From: Spirochaetia bacterium
GTDB taxonomy: Bacteria; Spirochaetota; Spirochaetia; SZUA-6; Bin103
Length of the DNA: 64,000 nucleotides
NCBI GenBank assembly: GCA_965198005.1
Contig: CBDAOI010000003.1
Coordinates: 800,001 to 864,000 of the forward strand
Direction of reading: 5' to 3'
Positions 38,416 to 49,359 of this stretch are shown one piece after another. Each line of letters opens with the position of its first letter. Within the stretch, counting starts at the first letter, position 1. Below the pieces are notes generated by a model. The model was not told where the DNA came from and ran no database searches. It saw only the letters and a program-made list of their open reading frames with translations. The translations under genes were made by a program, and so were the position numbers.

Positions 38416-39558
38416 ATGATACAGGTCAACAATCTCACGAAGGACTATGGCGCCACGCGTGCGCTGGGCGGCGTCAGCTTTTCCGTCGACCGAGGCGAGA
38501 TCCTCGGCTTGCTGGGTCCCAACGGCGCCGGCAAGACGACCACCATGCGGATCGTCACCGGCTATCTGCCGCCGACCTCCGGCTCGGTGCTGGTCAACGA
38601 GATGGACGTGGCCGCCAACCCGCTGCAGACCAAGCGGCTGATCGGCTACCTGCCGGAGTTCGCGCCCCTGTACGCGGACATGGTGGTGTTCGACTACCTG
38701 CGCTACGTCGCCGCCGTACGCCGCCTCGCGCCGCGGCAGCGAAACGCGCGCGTCGGCGCCGCGCTTGAGCTGTGCGGTCTGCGCGACGTCGTCCATCAGC
38801 CGTTTCGGGAACTGTCGCGCGGCTACAAGCAGCGGGTGGGGCTGGCGCACGCGCTGCTCGGCGACCCCGACGTGCTGATTCTCGACGAGCCGACCGCGGG
38901 GCTCGATCCCAACCAGATCGTCGAGATCCGCTCCATCATCCGGGAGGCGGGCCGCGCCAAGACCGTGATCTTCTCCACCCACATCCTGAGCGAGGCGGAG
39001 AGCACCTGCGACCGCATCGTGATCATCGATCGCGGTCGGGTGGTGGCCGACGGCACCGCCGACGCGCTCAAGGAGCGCACGCTGTCCGGCATGGTCGTGC
39101 GCCTGGCGCTGCTGGACGCCGAGCTGGCTGAGGTGCAGCAACACCTCGGGGTGGCGGCGGGCGTGACCCGGGTCGCCCGGGTGGCCGACGCCCGGCCGCC
39201 GGTGGCGGGCGCGCTGGTGGTGGAGGTCGCCTGCACTCGGGAGAACCTGCGCGAGATCTACGCGGCGGTGAAACAGCGCGACTGGGTGCTGGTCGAACTC
39301 GATTCGGTGGGGCAGTCGCTGGAGGACACCTTCCGCGAGCTCACCCGCGCCGGGGGCGGCGCGGGCGGCCTGGCCGGCGGGAACGCCCCCGCCGCCGGGC
39401 GGGAGGCCGCGCAGGCCACCGGGCCGGCCGCCGCGCAGGCCGCCGGGAGCGACGCCACGGCCGGCGCCGTGCAGGCGGAGCAGCCGGAGCCACGGAAGCC
39501 ACCGGAGCCGGCGGCCGGCCCGGCCGCCGGAGCGCGCCCCGGGGAGACCGCGTCATGA
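38416..39558 (+). CDS. ABC-2 ATP-binding protein (GldA-like)
   Basis: GPNGAGKTT, LSRGYKQRVG, ILDEPT. Confidence 0.92.
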   Translation: MIQVNNLTKDYGATRALGGVSFSVDRGEILGLLGPNGAGKTTTMRIVTGYLPPTSGSVLVNEMDVAANPLQTKRLIGYLPEFAPLYADMVVFDYLRYVAAVRRLAPRQRNARVGAALELCGLRDVVHQPFRELSRGYKQRVGLAHALLGDPDVLILDEPTAGLDPNQIVEIRSIIREAGRAKTVIFSTHILSEAESTCDRIVIIDRGRVVADGTADALKERTLSGMVVRLALLDAELAEVQQHLGVAAGVTRVARVADARPPVAGALVVEVACTRENLREIYAAVKQRDWVLVELDSVGQSLEDTFRELTRAGGGAGGLAGGNAPAAGREAAQATGPAAAQAAGSDATAGAVQAEQPEPRKPPEPAAGPAAGARPGETAS

Positions 39559-40262
39559 GCCTGGCGTGGTTCCAGGTCGTGCGGCGCGAGCTGCGCGCCA
39601 CGTTCGGCTCGCCGGTCGCCTACATCGTCATCGTCATCTTCCTGACGGTTACCGGCTGGTTCTTCTTCACCCCGTTCTTCCTGATCGGCAGCGCCGATCT
39701 GCGCGGCTTGTTCCAGCTTCTGCCGATGACGCTGGCGCTGGTGGTGCCGGCGATCACCATGCGCGTGTTCGCGGAGGAGTTCAGCACCGGTTCCTACGAG
39801 GTGCTCAGCACCCTGCCGCTGACCCCGCTCGACGTGCTGCTGGGCAAGTTCGCCGGCAGCCTGCTGTTCATCGTGGCGATGTTGCTGCCGACCGTGGCGT
39901 ATCCGCTGATCGTGGCCGCACTCGGCGACCTGGACCCGGGGCCGGTGATCGGCGGCTACGTCGGCGCGGTGCTGCTGGCGGCCCTGTACTGCGCGGTGGG
40001 CATGCTGGCCTCGGCCCTCACCAAGAACCAGATCGTGGCGTTCATCGTGGGGCTGGCGCTGTGCGCGTTCCTGGTGCTGATCGACAAGGTCCTGGTGTTC
40101 TTTCCCGCCACGCTCACCGGGGTCCTGCAGTATCTCGGCGCGGACTACCACTTCCGCAACATCGCCCGGGGCGTGTTCGATACGCGGGACGTCGTGTACT
40201 TCGTCAGCGCCGCGGTGGTGGCGCTGTACCTCACCCGGGTGGTGGTCGGACGGCGCATATGA
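39555..40262 (+). CDS. ABC-2 permease (GldF-like)
   Basis: FGSPVAY, ITMRVFAEE..G, TKNQIVAF. Confidence 0.88.
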   Translation: MSLAWFQVVRRELRATFGSPVAYIVIVIFLTVTGWFFFTPFFLIGSADLRGLFQLLPMTLALVVPAITMRVFAEEFSTGSYEVLSTLPLTPLDVLLGKFAGSLLFIVAMLLPTVAYPLIVAALGDLDPGPVIGGYVGAVLLAALYCAVGMLASALTKNQIVAFIVGLALCAFLVLIDKVLVFFPATLTGVLQYLGADYHFRNIARGVFDTRDVVYFVSAAVVALYLTRVVVGRRI

Positions 40263-40269
40263 GGCGCAT

Positions 40270-42519
40270 ATGAGTAGTCGAACCGCCCTGCGCGCGCTCG
40301 AGATCGCGCTGTTCCTCGGCGCCGTGGTGATGATCAACGTCACCTCCTCCGGCACCTTCGCCCGCCTCGACGTGACCCAGGAGGGGCTCCACTCGCTGTC
40401 GCCGGCCAGCATCGACGTGGTGTCGTCGCTGCGCGAGCCGCTCACGATCCGGGCGTTCTTCACCCCCAACCTGCCGGCCCCGTACAACACGGTCGAGCAG
40501 ACGGTGCGCGACCTGCTGGACGAGTACGCCGTGCACGGCGGCGAGCTGTTCAACTACGAGTTCATCAGCATGGGCGCGGGGGAGACCAGCCAGGAGGTGG
40601 CGCTGGCCAACGAGGAGCTGGCGAGCGGCTACCTGATCTACCCGATCCAGATCGAACGGCTCGACCGGGACGAGGTCACGCTGAGCAACGCGTACACCGG
40701 CCTGGCGCTGATCCACGGCGACCAGATCGAGACCATCCCCTCGATCACCGGCACGGCGCAGTTGGAGTTCGTCCTGACCGAGGCGATGACCTCGCTCACC
40801 GGGCGCGTCAGCCGGCTGCTGGCGCTGGACGAGCAGATCGAGGTGCGGCTGTACTTCTCGTCGCTGCTCGGGTCTCTGTCGCCGGACGTGGAACGGATTC
40901 CCGCCCAGATCGCGGAACTGGTCGACGAGCTGAACGCCACCTACTACGACCGCCTGCGCCACTCGCTGGTCGATCCCGACGCGGAGCCGCTGTCGGAGCA
41001 AGAGGCCGCGCACCTGCGGCTGGCGCCGCTGAACCTGCAGCGCGCCGACGGCCGCGCGCACCGGGTCTACGCCAGCCTCACGGTCGCGGCCGAGGGCCGC
41101 AGCACCACCCTGGACCTGGTGCGCAGCGGCCCGTTCGGCTACCAGTTCCTGGACCCCGAGACCATCCGGGGCTCGCTCGACGCGACTCTCAAGAACCTGC
41201 TCGGCACCCAGGAGGAGATCGGCTATCTGACCGACTTCGGCACGCCGCCGTACCAGGGGCGGGGCAACGCCCCTCCGGCCACCCAGGTGATGGAGACCGA
41301 CCTCGCCAGTCTGTATCAGCTCGTTGCGCCGGAGTACGCCTACCGCGACGTGGCGCTGGGGCAGGGCGCGGTGCCCGAGGGGCTGCGCAGCCTGCTGGTG
41401 GTCGCGCCCCAGCAACCGCTCAGCGAGTGGGCCCTGTTCCAAATCGACCAGTTTCTGCTGCGCGGCGGTTCGCTGCTGCTGTTCCTGGACTCGCACGACG
41501 TGTTCATCAGCGGCGGCCGGCCACTCTACCTGCCGCGCGAGACCGGCCTGGAAGCGATGCTCGAGCATTACGGCATCAGGCTCCGGCAGTCGTACGTGCT
41601 CGACGAGCAGTCGTTCGTGCAGCGCCAAGCCGCACGCGGCGGCGGGATCATCGAAAACCAGCTCTTCTTCGCGCCGTTGCTGAAGGGCGCGCAGATCGAC
41701 AACGACCTGCCGTTCCTGGCCAACGTGCACCAGTTGATCGTGCTCAACGTGTCGCCGCTGGAGGTGGTGGGCGGACAGGCCGACGTCACCTATTCCGAGG
41801 CGCTGCGCACCTCGCCGACGGCGTGGGAGATGGCGGAGAACATCGACCTGATGCGGGCGCTGCCGCCGGGCGACGAGCAGCGGGCCGAGTTTCCGCTGGC
41901 GATTCTGGCGCGCGGCAGCTTTACCAGCTACTTCGCCGAGCGTGAGATACCGGAGCCGCCCCGGCCCGAACCGGACGCCGCGCCGGCCGACGCGGGGGCG
42001 ATGACCTTCTCCGCCGATCGGATGCGCGCCGGGCAGAGCTTCGTCGCGGCGGGGGAGGGTGCGCTGTTCGTGGTCGGCAGCTCCGCCGTGCTCGGCAGCG
42101 GGCTGGTCGACGCGCGCAGCCGCAATCCCAATTCGCTGTTCCTGCTCAATCTGATCGACTCGATGAACGGCCGCGACGAGCGCGCGTTGTTGCGCAGCAA
42201 GGGGCGCGGGGTGCGCGTGCTGCGCCCGCTCGAGCCGCAGGCGCGGACCGCGATCAAGAGCCTGGCGGTCGCGGGGCTGCCGGCGCTGGTGGTGATCGCC
42301 GGACTGGCCGTGTGGCTGCTCGGGAGGGTGCGCCGGAGCCGCATTCGGGTGCGGTACGGCGGCGCGGCCGCGTCCGGCGGCGGCGCCGGGCCCGGCGGCG
42401 GCGCGCGGTCCGGTACTGCGGGCAGCGTGACCCGAGGCAGCGGGTCCGGTACCGCCGACGCGGGTGGTCCCCGGGCGGGCACCGCGCCCGGTACGGCCGG
42501 CAGCGATGAGGGCGGGTGA
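40270..42519 (+). CDS. GldG-family ABC auxiliary component
   Basis: RLDVTQEGLHSLS, DLLDEY, IDQFLLRGG, C-terminal TM segment. Confidence 0.85.
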   Translation: MSSRTALRALEIALFLGAVVMINVTSSGTFARLDVTQEGLHSLSPASIDVVSSLREPLTIRAFFTPNLPAPYNTVEQTVRDLLDEYAVHGGELFNYEFISMGAGETSQEVALANEELASGYLIYPIQIERLDRDEVTLSNAYTGLALIHGDQIETIPSITGTAQLEFVLTEAMTSLTGRVSRLLALDEQIEVRLYFSSLLGSLSPDVERIPAQIAELVDELNATYYDRLRHSLVDPDAEPLSEQEAAHLRLAPLNLQRADGRAHRVYASLTVAAEGRSTTLDLVRSGPFGYQFLDPETIRGSLDATLKNLLGTQEEIGYLTDFGTPPYQGRGNAPPATQVMETDLASLYQLVAPEYAYRDVALGQGAVPEGLRSLLVVAPQQPLSEWALFQIDQFLLRGGSLLLFLDSHDVFISGGRPLYLPRETGLEAMLEHYGIRLRQSYVLDEQSFVQRQAARGGGIIENQLFFAPLLKGAQIDNDLPFLANVHQLIVLNVSPLEVVGGQADVTYSEALRTSPTAWEMAENIDLMRALPPGDEQRAEFPLAILARGSFTSYFAEREIPEPPRPEPDAAPADAGAMTFSADRMRAGQSFVAAGEGALFVVGSSAVLGSGLVDARSRNPNSLFLLNLIDSMNGRDERALLRSKGRGVRVLRPLEPQARTAIKSLAVAGLPALVVIAGLAVWLLGRVRRSRIRVRYGGAAASGGGAGPGGGARSGTAGSVTRGSGSGTADAGGPRAGTAPGTAGSDEGG

Positions 42520-43454
42520 TGCCGGTCAGACAACTGCTGACCCGCTTCCTGCTGCCGGCGTTGATCATCGTCGGGCTGGTCCTGTTCCAGACGCTGCGCG
42601 AGCGCGACCGCGTACTGTACGAACTGCCGCAGATCGAGGCGTTTGCCGCGGCGGACGCGGACCGGGTCGAGCTGTCACGCGGCGGGCGCGGGATCATCGT
42701 ACACCGCACCGATGCCGGCTGGGTGCTCGAGCCGGGTGACTTTCCCGCCGATGGCGTGCTGATGAACACGCTGCTGGAGACCCTGGCGCAGATCCGGCCC
42801 ACCGACCTGATCTCGCAATACGGCGCCTACGGCCGGTTCGAGCTGGATCCGGAGTCGGCGCTGCGCGTGTCCGCCTATCAGGGCGAGGAGTTGCTGCGCA
42901 CGATCGACGTCGGCAAGCAGGCCGGCACCCGCCAGCACACCTACGTGCGGCTGGCCGGCGACCCGCGCGTGTACCAGGCCCGGGGAAACTTGGCGGAGAG
43001 CTTCCCGTTCGGGCCGGACGCGTTGCGGGACAAGGTGGTGCTCACCTTCGACCCCGCCACGGTGGTCGGCATCGTGGCCCGCAGCCCGGCCGAGTTGCTG
43101 GCGCTGCAGCGGCTGCCGGCGGAGGAGGACGCCGCCCCGCAGTGGGCGACCGCGGCCGGCGCGGCCTGGGATGCGGCCAAGGTCGAGGAGTCGTTGCAGC
43201 GGATGGCGCAGCTCACCACCTTCCGTTTTGCGGACGCCGCCCCGGCCGCGGGCAGCGAGGTGCTGGAGTTGACCCTCACCACCGACGCGGGGAGCGTGCA
43301 CGAGGTGCGCGTGTTCGGGCGCGTGGACAACAGCTACCCGGCCACCTCGTCCGGGTCCGCTTATCCATTCCTGCTGTTCCCGTGGATGGTCAACGGCTTC
43401 CTGGACGCGTTCACCACCGCCGGCGCCCCGACCGACGAGTCCGGCACCGGCTGA
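42516..43454 (+). CDS. DUF4340-like periplasmic protein
   Basis: N-terminal [17 protein letters not shown]; typical position after gldG. Confidence 0.75.
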   Translation: MMPVRQLLTRFLLPALIIVGLVLFQTLRERDRVLYELPQIEAFAAADADRVELSRGGRGIIVHRTDAGWVLEPGDFPADGVLMNTLLETLAQIRPTDLISQYGAYGRFELDPESALRVSAYQGEELLRTIDVGKQAGTRQHTYVRLAGDPRVYQARGNLAESFPFGPDALRDKVVLTFDPATVVGIVARSPAELLALQRLPAEEDAAPQWATAAGAAWDAAKVEESLQRMAQLTTFRFADAAPAAGSEVLELTLTTDAGSVHEVRVFGRVDNSYPATSSGSAYPFLLFPWMVNGFLDAFTTAGAPTDESGTG

Positions 43455-43586
43455 GCCGCCGCCGCGCGGCGCCCCCCTGCAACCCGGCCACCGGCGTTCC
43501 CCGGCGGAACGACGGGCAATCAAGAGGCTCCGGAGGTTGCGGCCGCCCGGTTGGCGTAACGGCGGCCGTCGGATACCGTGCGCCGC

Positions 43587-43979
43587 ATGAGACTGGAGCA
43601 CGTCGCGTTCAACGTGAAGCACATGCAGGCGGTAGTCGCCTGGTACGTCGAGCATCTCGGGATGCAGGTGGCCCGAGCCGACGCTTCCCCGCCGTACGCC
43701 ACCTTCGTGACCGATTCGACCGGCCGCAGCATGTTGGAGTTCTACACCCAGACCCGGTTCGCGCCGCCCGACTGGGGCGCGCGCGACCGGATGCAGACCC
43801 ATCTGGCGTTTCTCACCGGCGACCTGGACGCCGACCGCGACCGGCTGGTCGCCGCCGGCGCCGCGGTGGAAGGCGACCCGGTCACGCACCCGAACGGCGA
43901 CCGGCTGCTGTTCATGCGCGACCCCTGGGGGCTGGCGTTCCAACTGGTGCGGCGCGCCGCCCCGCTGCTCGACACCTGA
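43587..43979 (+). CDS. VOC/glyoxalase family protein
   Basis: [21 protein letters not shown]. Confidence 0.88.
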   Translation: MRLEHVAFNVKHMQAVVAWYVEHLGMQVARADASPPYATFVTDSTGRSMLEFYTQTRFAPPDWGARDRMQTHLAFLTGDLDADRDRLVAAGAAVEGDPVTHPNGDRLLFMRDPWGLAFQLVRRAAPLLDT

Positions 43980-43988
43980 GCGGCGCGG

Positions 43989-44111
43989 GGCGGCGTGCAG
44001 GTGGCAGGTGTCGAGGCACACGCCGATCCGGCTGCGGTCGTCGATCCGCTCGATCAACCCGGCGAGCTGGGCGAAGGTGTGCCCCAGGTTGTTGCCCTGG
44101 CCGGCGGTGCT
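43989..44111 (-). pseudogene. nfo: Endonuclease IV internal shard
   Basis: [30 protein letters not shown]. Confidence 0.75.
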
Positions 44112-44577
44112 ACGGGTTCGCCTCGACCCGCGCCAAGCGCTCGCCCAGACCGCGCAGGTCTCTATGTACCTCGACGATGCGGTCAGTCTGCTTTTCAATA
44201 GCGGCGGTCAACTCACTTCGCGTCGCCGTCAGGTCGGTCTTGACGGCGCCAATCTGGGCTTCCAGGTCGGTCTTGACGGTGCCAATCTGGGCACTCAAGC
44301 GGTCTTCCGTGGCCTTGATGTTGCCCTCGATCCTGGCATGCGCTTGGTTTGCCGCCGATTCCAGGTCAGTCTTGACGGTGCCGATAGCCTCGGTCAGGTC
44401 AGTCTTGACGGTGCCGATAGCCTCGGTCAGGTCAGTCTTGACGGTGCCGATAGCCTCGGTCAGATCAGTCCTGACGGCGCCGATCTGCCTTCCCAGGTTT
44501 CGCCAGATGAATCCCAGCACCGCCATCAGCAACAGCACGGCCACGCTTACGATGGCGACAATGGCCTCGGCACTCAC
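44110..44577 (-). CDS. Membrane-anchored coiled-coil protein with 11-aa repeats
   Basis: N-terminal [13 protein letters not shown] repeats; TATACT box and AAGGAGG upstream. Confidence 0.75.
   Translation of the reverse strand: MSAEAIVAIVSVAVLLLMAVLGFIWRNLGRQIGAVRTDLTEAIGTVKTDLTEAIGTVKTDLTEAIGTVKTDLESAANQAHARIEGNIKATEDRLSAQIGTVKTDLEAQIGAVKTDLTATRSELTAAIEKQTDRIVEVHRDLRGLGERLARVEANP
44230..44484. repeat. 33-bp tandem repeats (coding)
   Basis: Identical units at 44362, 44395 and 44428; in-phase variants at 44230, 44263 and 44461. Confidence 0.9.
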
Positions 44578-44706
44578 AGGTTCAGCCTCCTTACCGATTC
44601 ACACAGATCAGTATACATCCTATCGTGTTTGCGGTGGAGCGTCGCGCGGGATCAGCGATCGTGGCAGGCGGGTGGGGCTTGCGGGCCGGTCCGGCGCGCC
44701 GATAGC

Positions 44707-45369
44707 ATGGCTCATCCCATGCAGGGCGCAGCACCGCGGCTCGACGCCGTGATCAACCGGATCGACGCCATCAATCGCGCGGACCCGCAGCGCGAGCAGG
44801 CGGGCGGCATCGACTACCCCAAGGAGTTGCTGTACGCGCAGCGGATGAGCGCGTGGCTTGAGCGCCTGCGGCCGGACGCCGGCGACGCGTTGCGCATCGC
44901 CGTGCGCGCGCAACACGTCGAGCGCTGGAAGATCCCGCGCGCGCGGTTCCCGGACGGGCGCACCGGCTACCTGCGCTGGCGCACGCGCTTGGCGCGCCAT
45001 CACGCCGAGGTCACCGGCGGCCTGATGCGCGACGCCGGGTACGATGCGGCGGCCGTGGCCGCCACCGAGGCACTGCTGCGCAAGGAGGGACTGGCCGGGG
45101 CCGGCGCCGACAGCGCGGTGCAGGTACTGGAGGACGTCGTCTGCCTGGTGTTCCTCGAGCACTATCTGCCGCGGTTCGCGGAGGGCCATCCGCCAGCCAA
45201 GGTGGTCGCGATTCTGGCCAAGACTTGGCGCAAGATGTCGCCGCGCGCGCGCCGAACGGCACTGGACCTGCCGTTCCCGGACGAGACCCGCCGCCTGCTC
45301 CACGCCGCGGGCGCCGCGGGTCCGGGCTTGACGGCAGCCAAGCGGACAGCTACGGTAAACGTACGGTGA
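44707..45369 (+). CDS. DUF4202-like protein
   Basis: IDAINRADP, PKELLYAQRM, RAQHVERW, GYLRWR, LEDVVCLVFL, KTWRKMS. Confidence 0.8.
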   Translation: MAHPMQGAAPRLDAVINRIDAINRADPQREQAGGIDYPKELLYAQRMSAWLERLRPDAGDALRIAVRAQHVERWKIPRARFPDGRTGYLRWRTRLARHHAEVTGGLMRDAGYDAAAVAATEALLRKEGLAGAGADSAVQVLEDVVCLVFLEHYLPRFAEGHPPAKVVAILAKTWRKMSPRARRTALDLPFPDETRRLLHAAGAAGPGLTAAKRTATVNVR

Positions 45370-45419
45370 ACGCATGAAGAAACCGAAGTCCGTCGCTCGG
45401 CAGCCCACATCCGCGCCCT

Positions 45420-46232
45420 GTGATAGACGTCGTCATCCACAGTGATAATCCGGAGAACCTGCTCGAAGTAGACGGCCTGTGCCTGAGCTTCGGCGGCCTC
45501 ACGGTGCTCGACGCGGTGTCGTTGCGCGTGCCCGAGGGCAGCATTACGGCCATCATCGGACCCAACGGCGCCGGCAAGTCGAGCCTGTTCAACTCCATTT
45601 CCGGCAGCTACCGCCCGCAGGCGGGCACGCTCCGGTTCGCCGGCCGCGACGTCACGCGCCTGTCGACGGCACGGCGTGCGGCGCTCGGCATGGCGCGCAC
45701 GTTCCAGAATATCGCGCTGTTCCCGAGCATGACCGTCCTGGACAACATCAAGCTGGGGAGTCACGTGCACCTGCGCACCGGCTTGCTGGCGGCCGGCATC
45801 TACCGGGGACGGGCGCGGCGCGAGGAGCAGCAGTTGCAAGCCGCGGTCGAGCGCGAGGTGCTGGAGCCGCTCGGGCTCGGCGACCTGGCCGGGCTCCCGG
45901 CGACGACGCTGCCCTACGGCCGGCAGAAACTGGTGGAGCTGGCCCGCGCCCTGGCCATGCGGCCCCGGCTGCTGCTGCTGGACGAGCCGGTGTCCGGCAT
46001 GAACCGGGCCGAGCGCGCGGAGATGGTGCGTCTTATCCGCGACCTTCAGCGGCAGCGCGGCGCCACGGTGCTGCTGGTCGAACATGACATGAACGTGGTC
46101 ATGGATATTTCGGATCTGGTGATCGTGCTCGACTTCGGGCGCGTGATCGCGGCCGGCACGCCGGCGGCGGTGCGCGCCGACCCGGCGGTGATCTCCGCCT
46201 ATCTCGGCACCGCCGCCCAGGAGCAGACCTGA
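45420..46232 (+). CDS. Branched-chain amino acid-type ABC ATPase (LivG-like)
   Basis: GPNGAGKS, RTFQN, LPYG..LVELARAL. Confidence 0.9.
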   Translation: MIDVVIHSDNPENLLEVDGLCLSFGGLTVLDAVSLRVPEGSITAIIGPNGAGKSSLFNSISGSYRPQAGTLRFAGRDVTRLSTARRAALGMARTFQNIALFPSMTVLDNIKLGSHVHLRTGLLAAGIYRGRARREEQQLQAAVEREVLEPLGLGDLAGLPATTLPYGRQKLVELARALAMRPRLLLLDEPVSGMNRAERAEMVRLIRDLQRQRGATVLLVEHDMNVVMDISDLVIVLDFGRVIAAGTPAAVRADPAVISAYLGTAAQEQT

Positions 46233-47125
46233 TGGACCTGTTTCTCGAAGTGAGCCTGGTCGGGCTGGCGGTGGGCGGCGTGTACGCCCTGATCGCGCTC
46301 GGCTACGTGCTCGTCTATCGCGCCACCCGGGTGGTGAACTTCGCGCACGGCAACATCATGATGGTCGGTGCCTATTTGTTCCTCACCTTCGCGGCGCTGC
46401 TGGGCCTGCCCTGGGGCATCGCCCTGGCGCTGACGCTGCTCGCCGCCGCACTGCTCGGGGCCGGCCTCGAGCGGCTCCTGCTGCGGCCGCTGCTGCGCCG
46501 GCAGCGGAGTGAACCGACCGCGGCGCTGATGGCGACGTTCGGCCTGGCCTTCGCCCTGCACGGCATGGTGCAGATCATCTGGACCTCGACCGACTTCTTC
46601 CTGCCGTCCATATTCCCGGACCGACCGATCGTCATCGACGCCGCGCATGGCGCCATGTACATCCCCGCCAACATCGGCTACGGCGCCTTGATCGCGCTGG
46701 CGGCGATCGGCGTGTTGCTGGTGCTGCTGCGCTCTACCCGCGCCGGTCTGGCGCTGCGCGCGGTCGCCTCCGACCGGATGGCGGCCAGCGGGGTGGGCAT
46801 CAACGTGCCGGCAACCGTCAACCTGACGTGGGCGTGCGCCGCGGCCAGCGCCGCCCTCGCCGGGGTCGTGGTGGGCTCGATCACCACCCTCAATCCTACC
46901 ATGGGCATGCTCGGGCTGGCCGTGCTGGGGGTGGTCATCCTGGGCGGGCTCGACAGCCTCGCGGGCGTCATCGTCGCCGGCCTGATCGTAGGCTGGCTGC
47001 AGGCGCTGGCCGGCTTCTACCTGAGCGGCTCGTACCGCGACGTGGTGCCGTACGCCGTGCTGCTGGTCATTCTCCTGATCCGCCCGCACGGCCTGTTCGG
47101 CACCCCCCGGGTCGAACGGTTGTGA
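46232..47125 (+). CDS. ABC permease (LivH-like)
   Basis: YALIALG..VNFAHG, ILGGLDS, RPHGLFG. Confidence 0.9.
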   Translation: MDLFLEVSLVGLAVGGVYALIALGYVLVYRATRVVNFAHGNIMMVGAYLFLTFAALLGLPWGIALALTLLAAALLGAGLERLLLRPLLRRQRSEPTAALMATFGLAFALHGMVQIIWTSTDFFLPSIFPDRPIVIDAAHGAMYIPANIGYGALIALAAIGVLLVLLRSTRAGLALRAVASDRMAASGVGINVPATVNLTWACAAASAALAGVVVGSITTLNPTMGMLGLAVLGVVILGGLDSLAGVIVAGLIVGWLQALAGFYLSGSYRDVVPYAVLLVILLIRPHGLFGTPRVERL

Positions 47126-48132
47126 GCGGCCGGGGCGGCCGGCGTGGTGCCGCCGGCGCCGTGCTGGCCGCGGCTGCGGTCGGGGCGGCCGTGGCGCTGC
47201 CGCTGGCCGGCAACAGCTTCCACCTGCACGTGGCGTGCATGATCGGCATCAACCTGATCAGTGCCATGGGGCTCAACCTGCTGACCGGCAGCGCCGGTCT
47301 GGTGTCGCTCGGGCACGCCGTGTTCATGGGCGTGGGGGCGTACGGCGTCGCCTGGTTCAGCAACCACCTCGGGCTGCCGTTCTACCTGTGTCTGCCGCTG
47401 GCCGGGTTGCTGGCCGCCGGCGTCGGCATGATCGCCGGACTGCCCTCGTTCCGGCTGAAGGGGATGTACCTGGCATTCGCCTCGCTCGCGGCGCAGTTCA
47501 TCCTCAGCTTCGTATTCAAAGAGTGGGAAGCGGTCACCGGCGGCCGCAGCGGGGTGACGCTGGCTCCGGCGCAGCTTGCGGGGCTGGCGCTCGCCACGGA
47601 ACGGGAGATGTACTACCTGATCGGGGTTGTCACGGCCGCCGCCCTGCTGTTCGCGCGCAATCTGCTGCGCACCCGCGTGGGACGCGCCTGGGTCGCCATG
47701 CGCGACCGCGACCTTGCTGCCGAGGTGCTGGGGGTCGACCTGCGGCGCTACAAGCTGCTGGCGTTCGGCATCAGTTCGTTCTACGCCGGGCTGGCCGGCG
47801 GTCTGATGGCCTACTTCTTCAAGGTAGTGGCGCCGGGCCAGTTCGGCTTCCAGCTCTCGCTCTTCTTTCTCGCGGCGATCGTCGTCGGCGGTCTCGGAAC
47901 TGTACACGGTGTCTTGCTTGGTGCTACCTTCATGACCATCGCTCCGGGTCTGCTCGCATGGGCCGCGGGACCGTTCGGTCCGGTCGCTACGGGTATGTTG
48001 GCGCCTTTGCGCGAGGTGCTGTTCGGCCTGCTGATCGTGGTCTTCCTGATCGCCGAGCCGCGCGGCCTGTACGGGATCTGGAGCAGAGTCAGAAACTGGC
48101 GCCCAGCGATGACGCGAAGGAGCAACAGATGA
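47122..48132 (+). CDS. ABC permease (LivM-like)
   Basis: GLNLLTG..SLGHA, GRAWVAMRD, VVGGLG, EPRGL. Confidence 0.9.
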   Translation: MSGRGGRRGAAGAVLAAAAVGAAVALPLAGNSFHLHVACMIGINLISAMGLNLLTGSAGLVSLGHAVFMGVGAYGVAWFSNHLGLPFYLCLPLAGLLAAGVGMIAGLPSFRLKGMYLAFASLAAQFILSFVFKEWEAVTGGRSGVTLAPAQLAGLALATEREMYYLIGVVTAAALLFARNLLRTRVGRAWVAMRDRDLAAEVLGVDLRRYKLLAFGISSFYAGLAGGLMAYFFKVVAPGQFGFQLSLFFLAAIVVGGLGTVHGVLLGATFMTIAPGLLAWAAGPFGPVATGMLAPLREVLFGLLIVVFLIAEPRGLYGIWSRVRNWRPAMTRRSNR

Positions 48133-49346
48133 GGAAAGGAAAGTCAGGAATGGGCCGAGGCCGGTGGCGGCGCCATGCCGCCGCCATGCTGGCGGTTGCC
48201 CTGGGGGTGGCGTGCGCGCCGCCGGCGCTGCTGGCCGATGAGAGCGAGCTGGTAGTGGGCGCGGTCGCGCCGCTCACCGGCATATACGCCCAGGCGGGCG
48301 CCCTCGGCCGCATCGGCATGGATGCCTACGTCGGCTACGTGAACGCCACCGGTGGCATCGATGGCCGGCAGTTGCGAGTCGTGCTGCACGACTCGGGCTC
48401 CGTGCCGGAGCAGGCCGTGGCCGTGTTCAAGCAGATCATGGCCGAGGAAGAGAACGTGGTGGCGTTCTACGGCGACTCCACCACCTTCATGAAGCTCTCG
48501 GCACCGGAGGTCAACGAACGCTACAAGGTGCTGATGGGCGGCTCCTCGCTGGCCACCGAGCTGGCCGATACCGACAGATATCGCTACCATTTCATGACCG
48601 GACCGACCTACGCGGACATGGTCGGCATGCTGCTGGAGTACATCGCGGCCGAACGCGAGGCGGGCGCCGCGGCGCCGCGGGTGGTGCTGTTCTACTCCAA
48701 TATCGACTTCGGTCTTGATCCGATCCCCGCATCCCGGGAGCGCGCGAGGCGCCTGGACATCGACATCGTTGAGGAGATCGAGACCGCGCCGGTGGGGGTC
48801 GACGTGGCGCCTGCAGTCCTGAAGCTGCGCCGCGCGAACCCGGATTACGTCATCTTCCACGGCTACGCGACCACGATCTGGCCCGAGGTGATGAAGCAGG
48901 CGCTGCAGTCCGGCGTGGACGCGATGTTCATGGGCACGTTCTGGGCGATGGAGCCGTTGATCATCCGGCAGCTCGGGCCGCTCGCCGACCGCTACATGGG
49001 CGTTTTCCCCTACCGGTATTATTGGGAGCAGGAGCAGTCGGCGACGCTCCGGCTGATCAAGCAGGTGACGCAGCAGGAGTACGTGCCGACGTTCGCGCTC
49101 CAGGCCTGGTTCTCCGGCATGATCATTCATGAGGTGATCAAGCGCACGCTGGACGCCGGCCTGGAGCTCACCGGCGACAACCTCAAGGCGACGCTCGACG
49201 GGATCCAGGACTGGGATACCGGCGGTCTGATCGGCGTGCCGGTGAGCTTCAGGAACGGCTCCATTCCGGTCGGCCGGATCTACCGGGGCAACTCCGCCAC
49301 CGGACTGATGGACCCGATCTCGGACTGGATCGTGATCGACGACTGA
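48129..49346 (+). CDS. ABC substrate-binding protein (LivK/LivJ-like)
   Basis: Signal peptide; PLTGIYA, VNATGGIDGR. Start could be 48150 or later. Confidence 0.88.
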   Translation: MRKGKSGMGRGRWRRHAAAMLAVALGVACAPPALLADESELVVGAVAPLTGIYAQAGALGRIGMDAYVGYVNATGGIDGRQLRVVLHDSGSVPEQAVAVFKQIMAEEENVVAFYGDSTTFMKLSAPEVNERYKVLMGGSSLATELADTDRYRYHFMTGPTYADMVGMLLEYIAAEREAGAAAPRVVLFYSNIDFGLDPIPASRERARRLDIDIVEEIETAPVGVDVAPAVLKLRRANPDYVIFHGYATTIWPEVMKQALQSGVDAMFMGTFWAMEPLIIRQLGPLADRYMGVFPYRYYWEQEQSATLRLIKQVTQQEYVPTFALQAWFSGMIIHEVIKRTLDAGLELTGDNLKATLDGIQDWDTGGLIGVPVSFRNGSIPVGRIYRGNSATGLMDPISDWIVIDD

Positions 49347-49359
49347 CGGCCGCGCCGCG

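Noticed and set aside
44230-44484. 33-bp repeats as a CRISPR array
   Set aside because: Contiguous tandem units without unique spacers, in frame within a CDS, and no cas genes.
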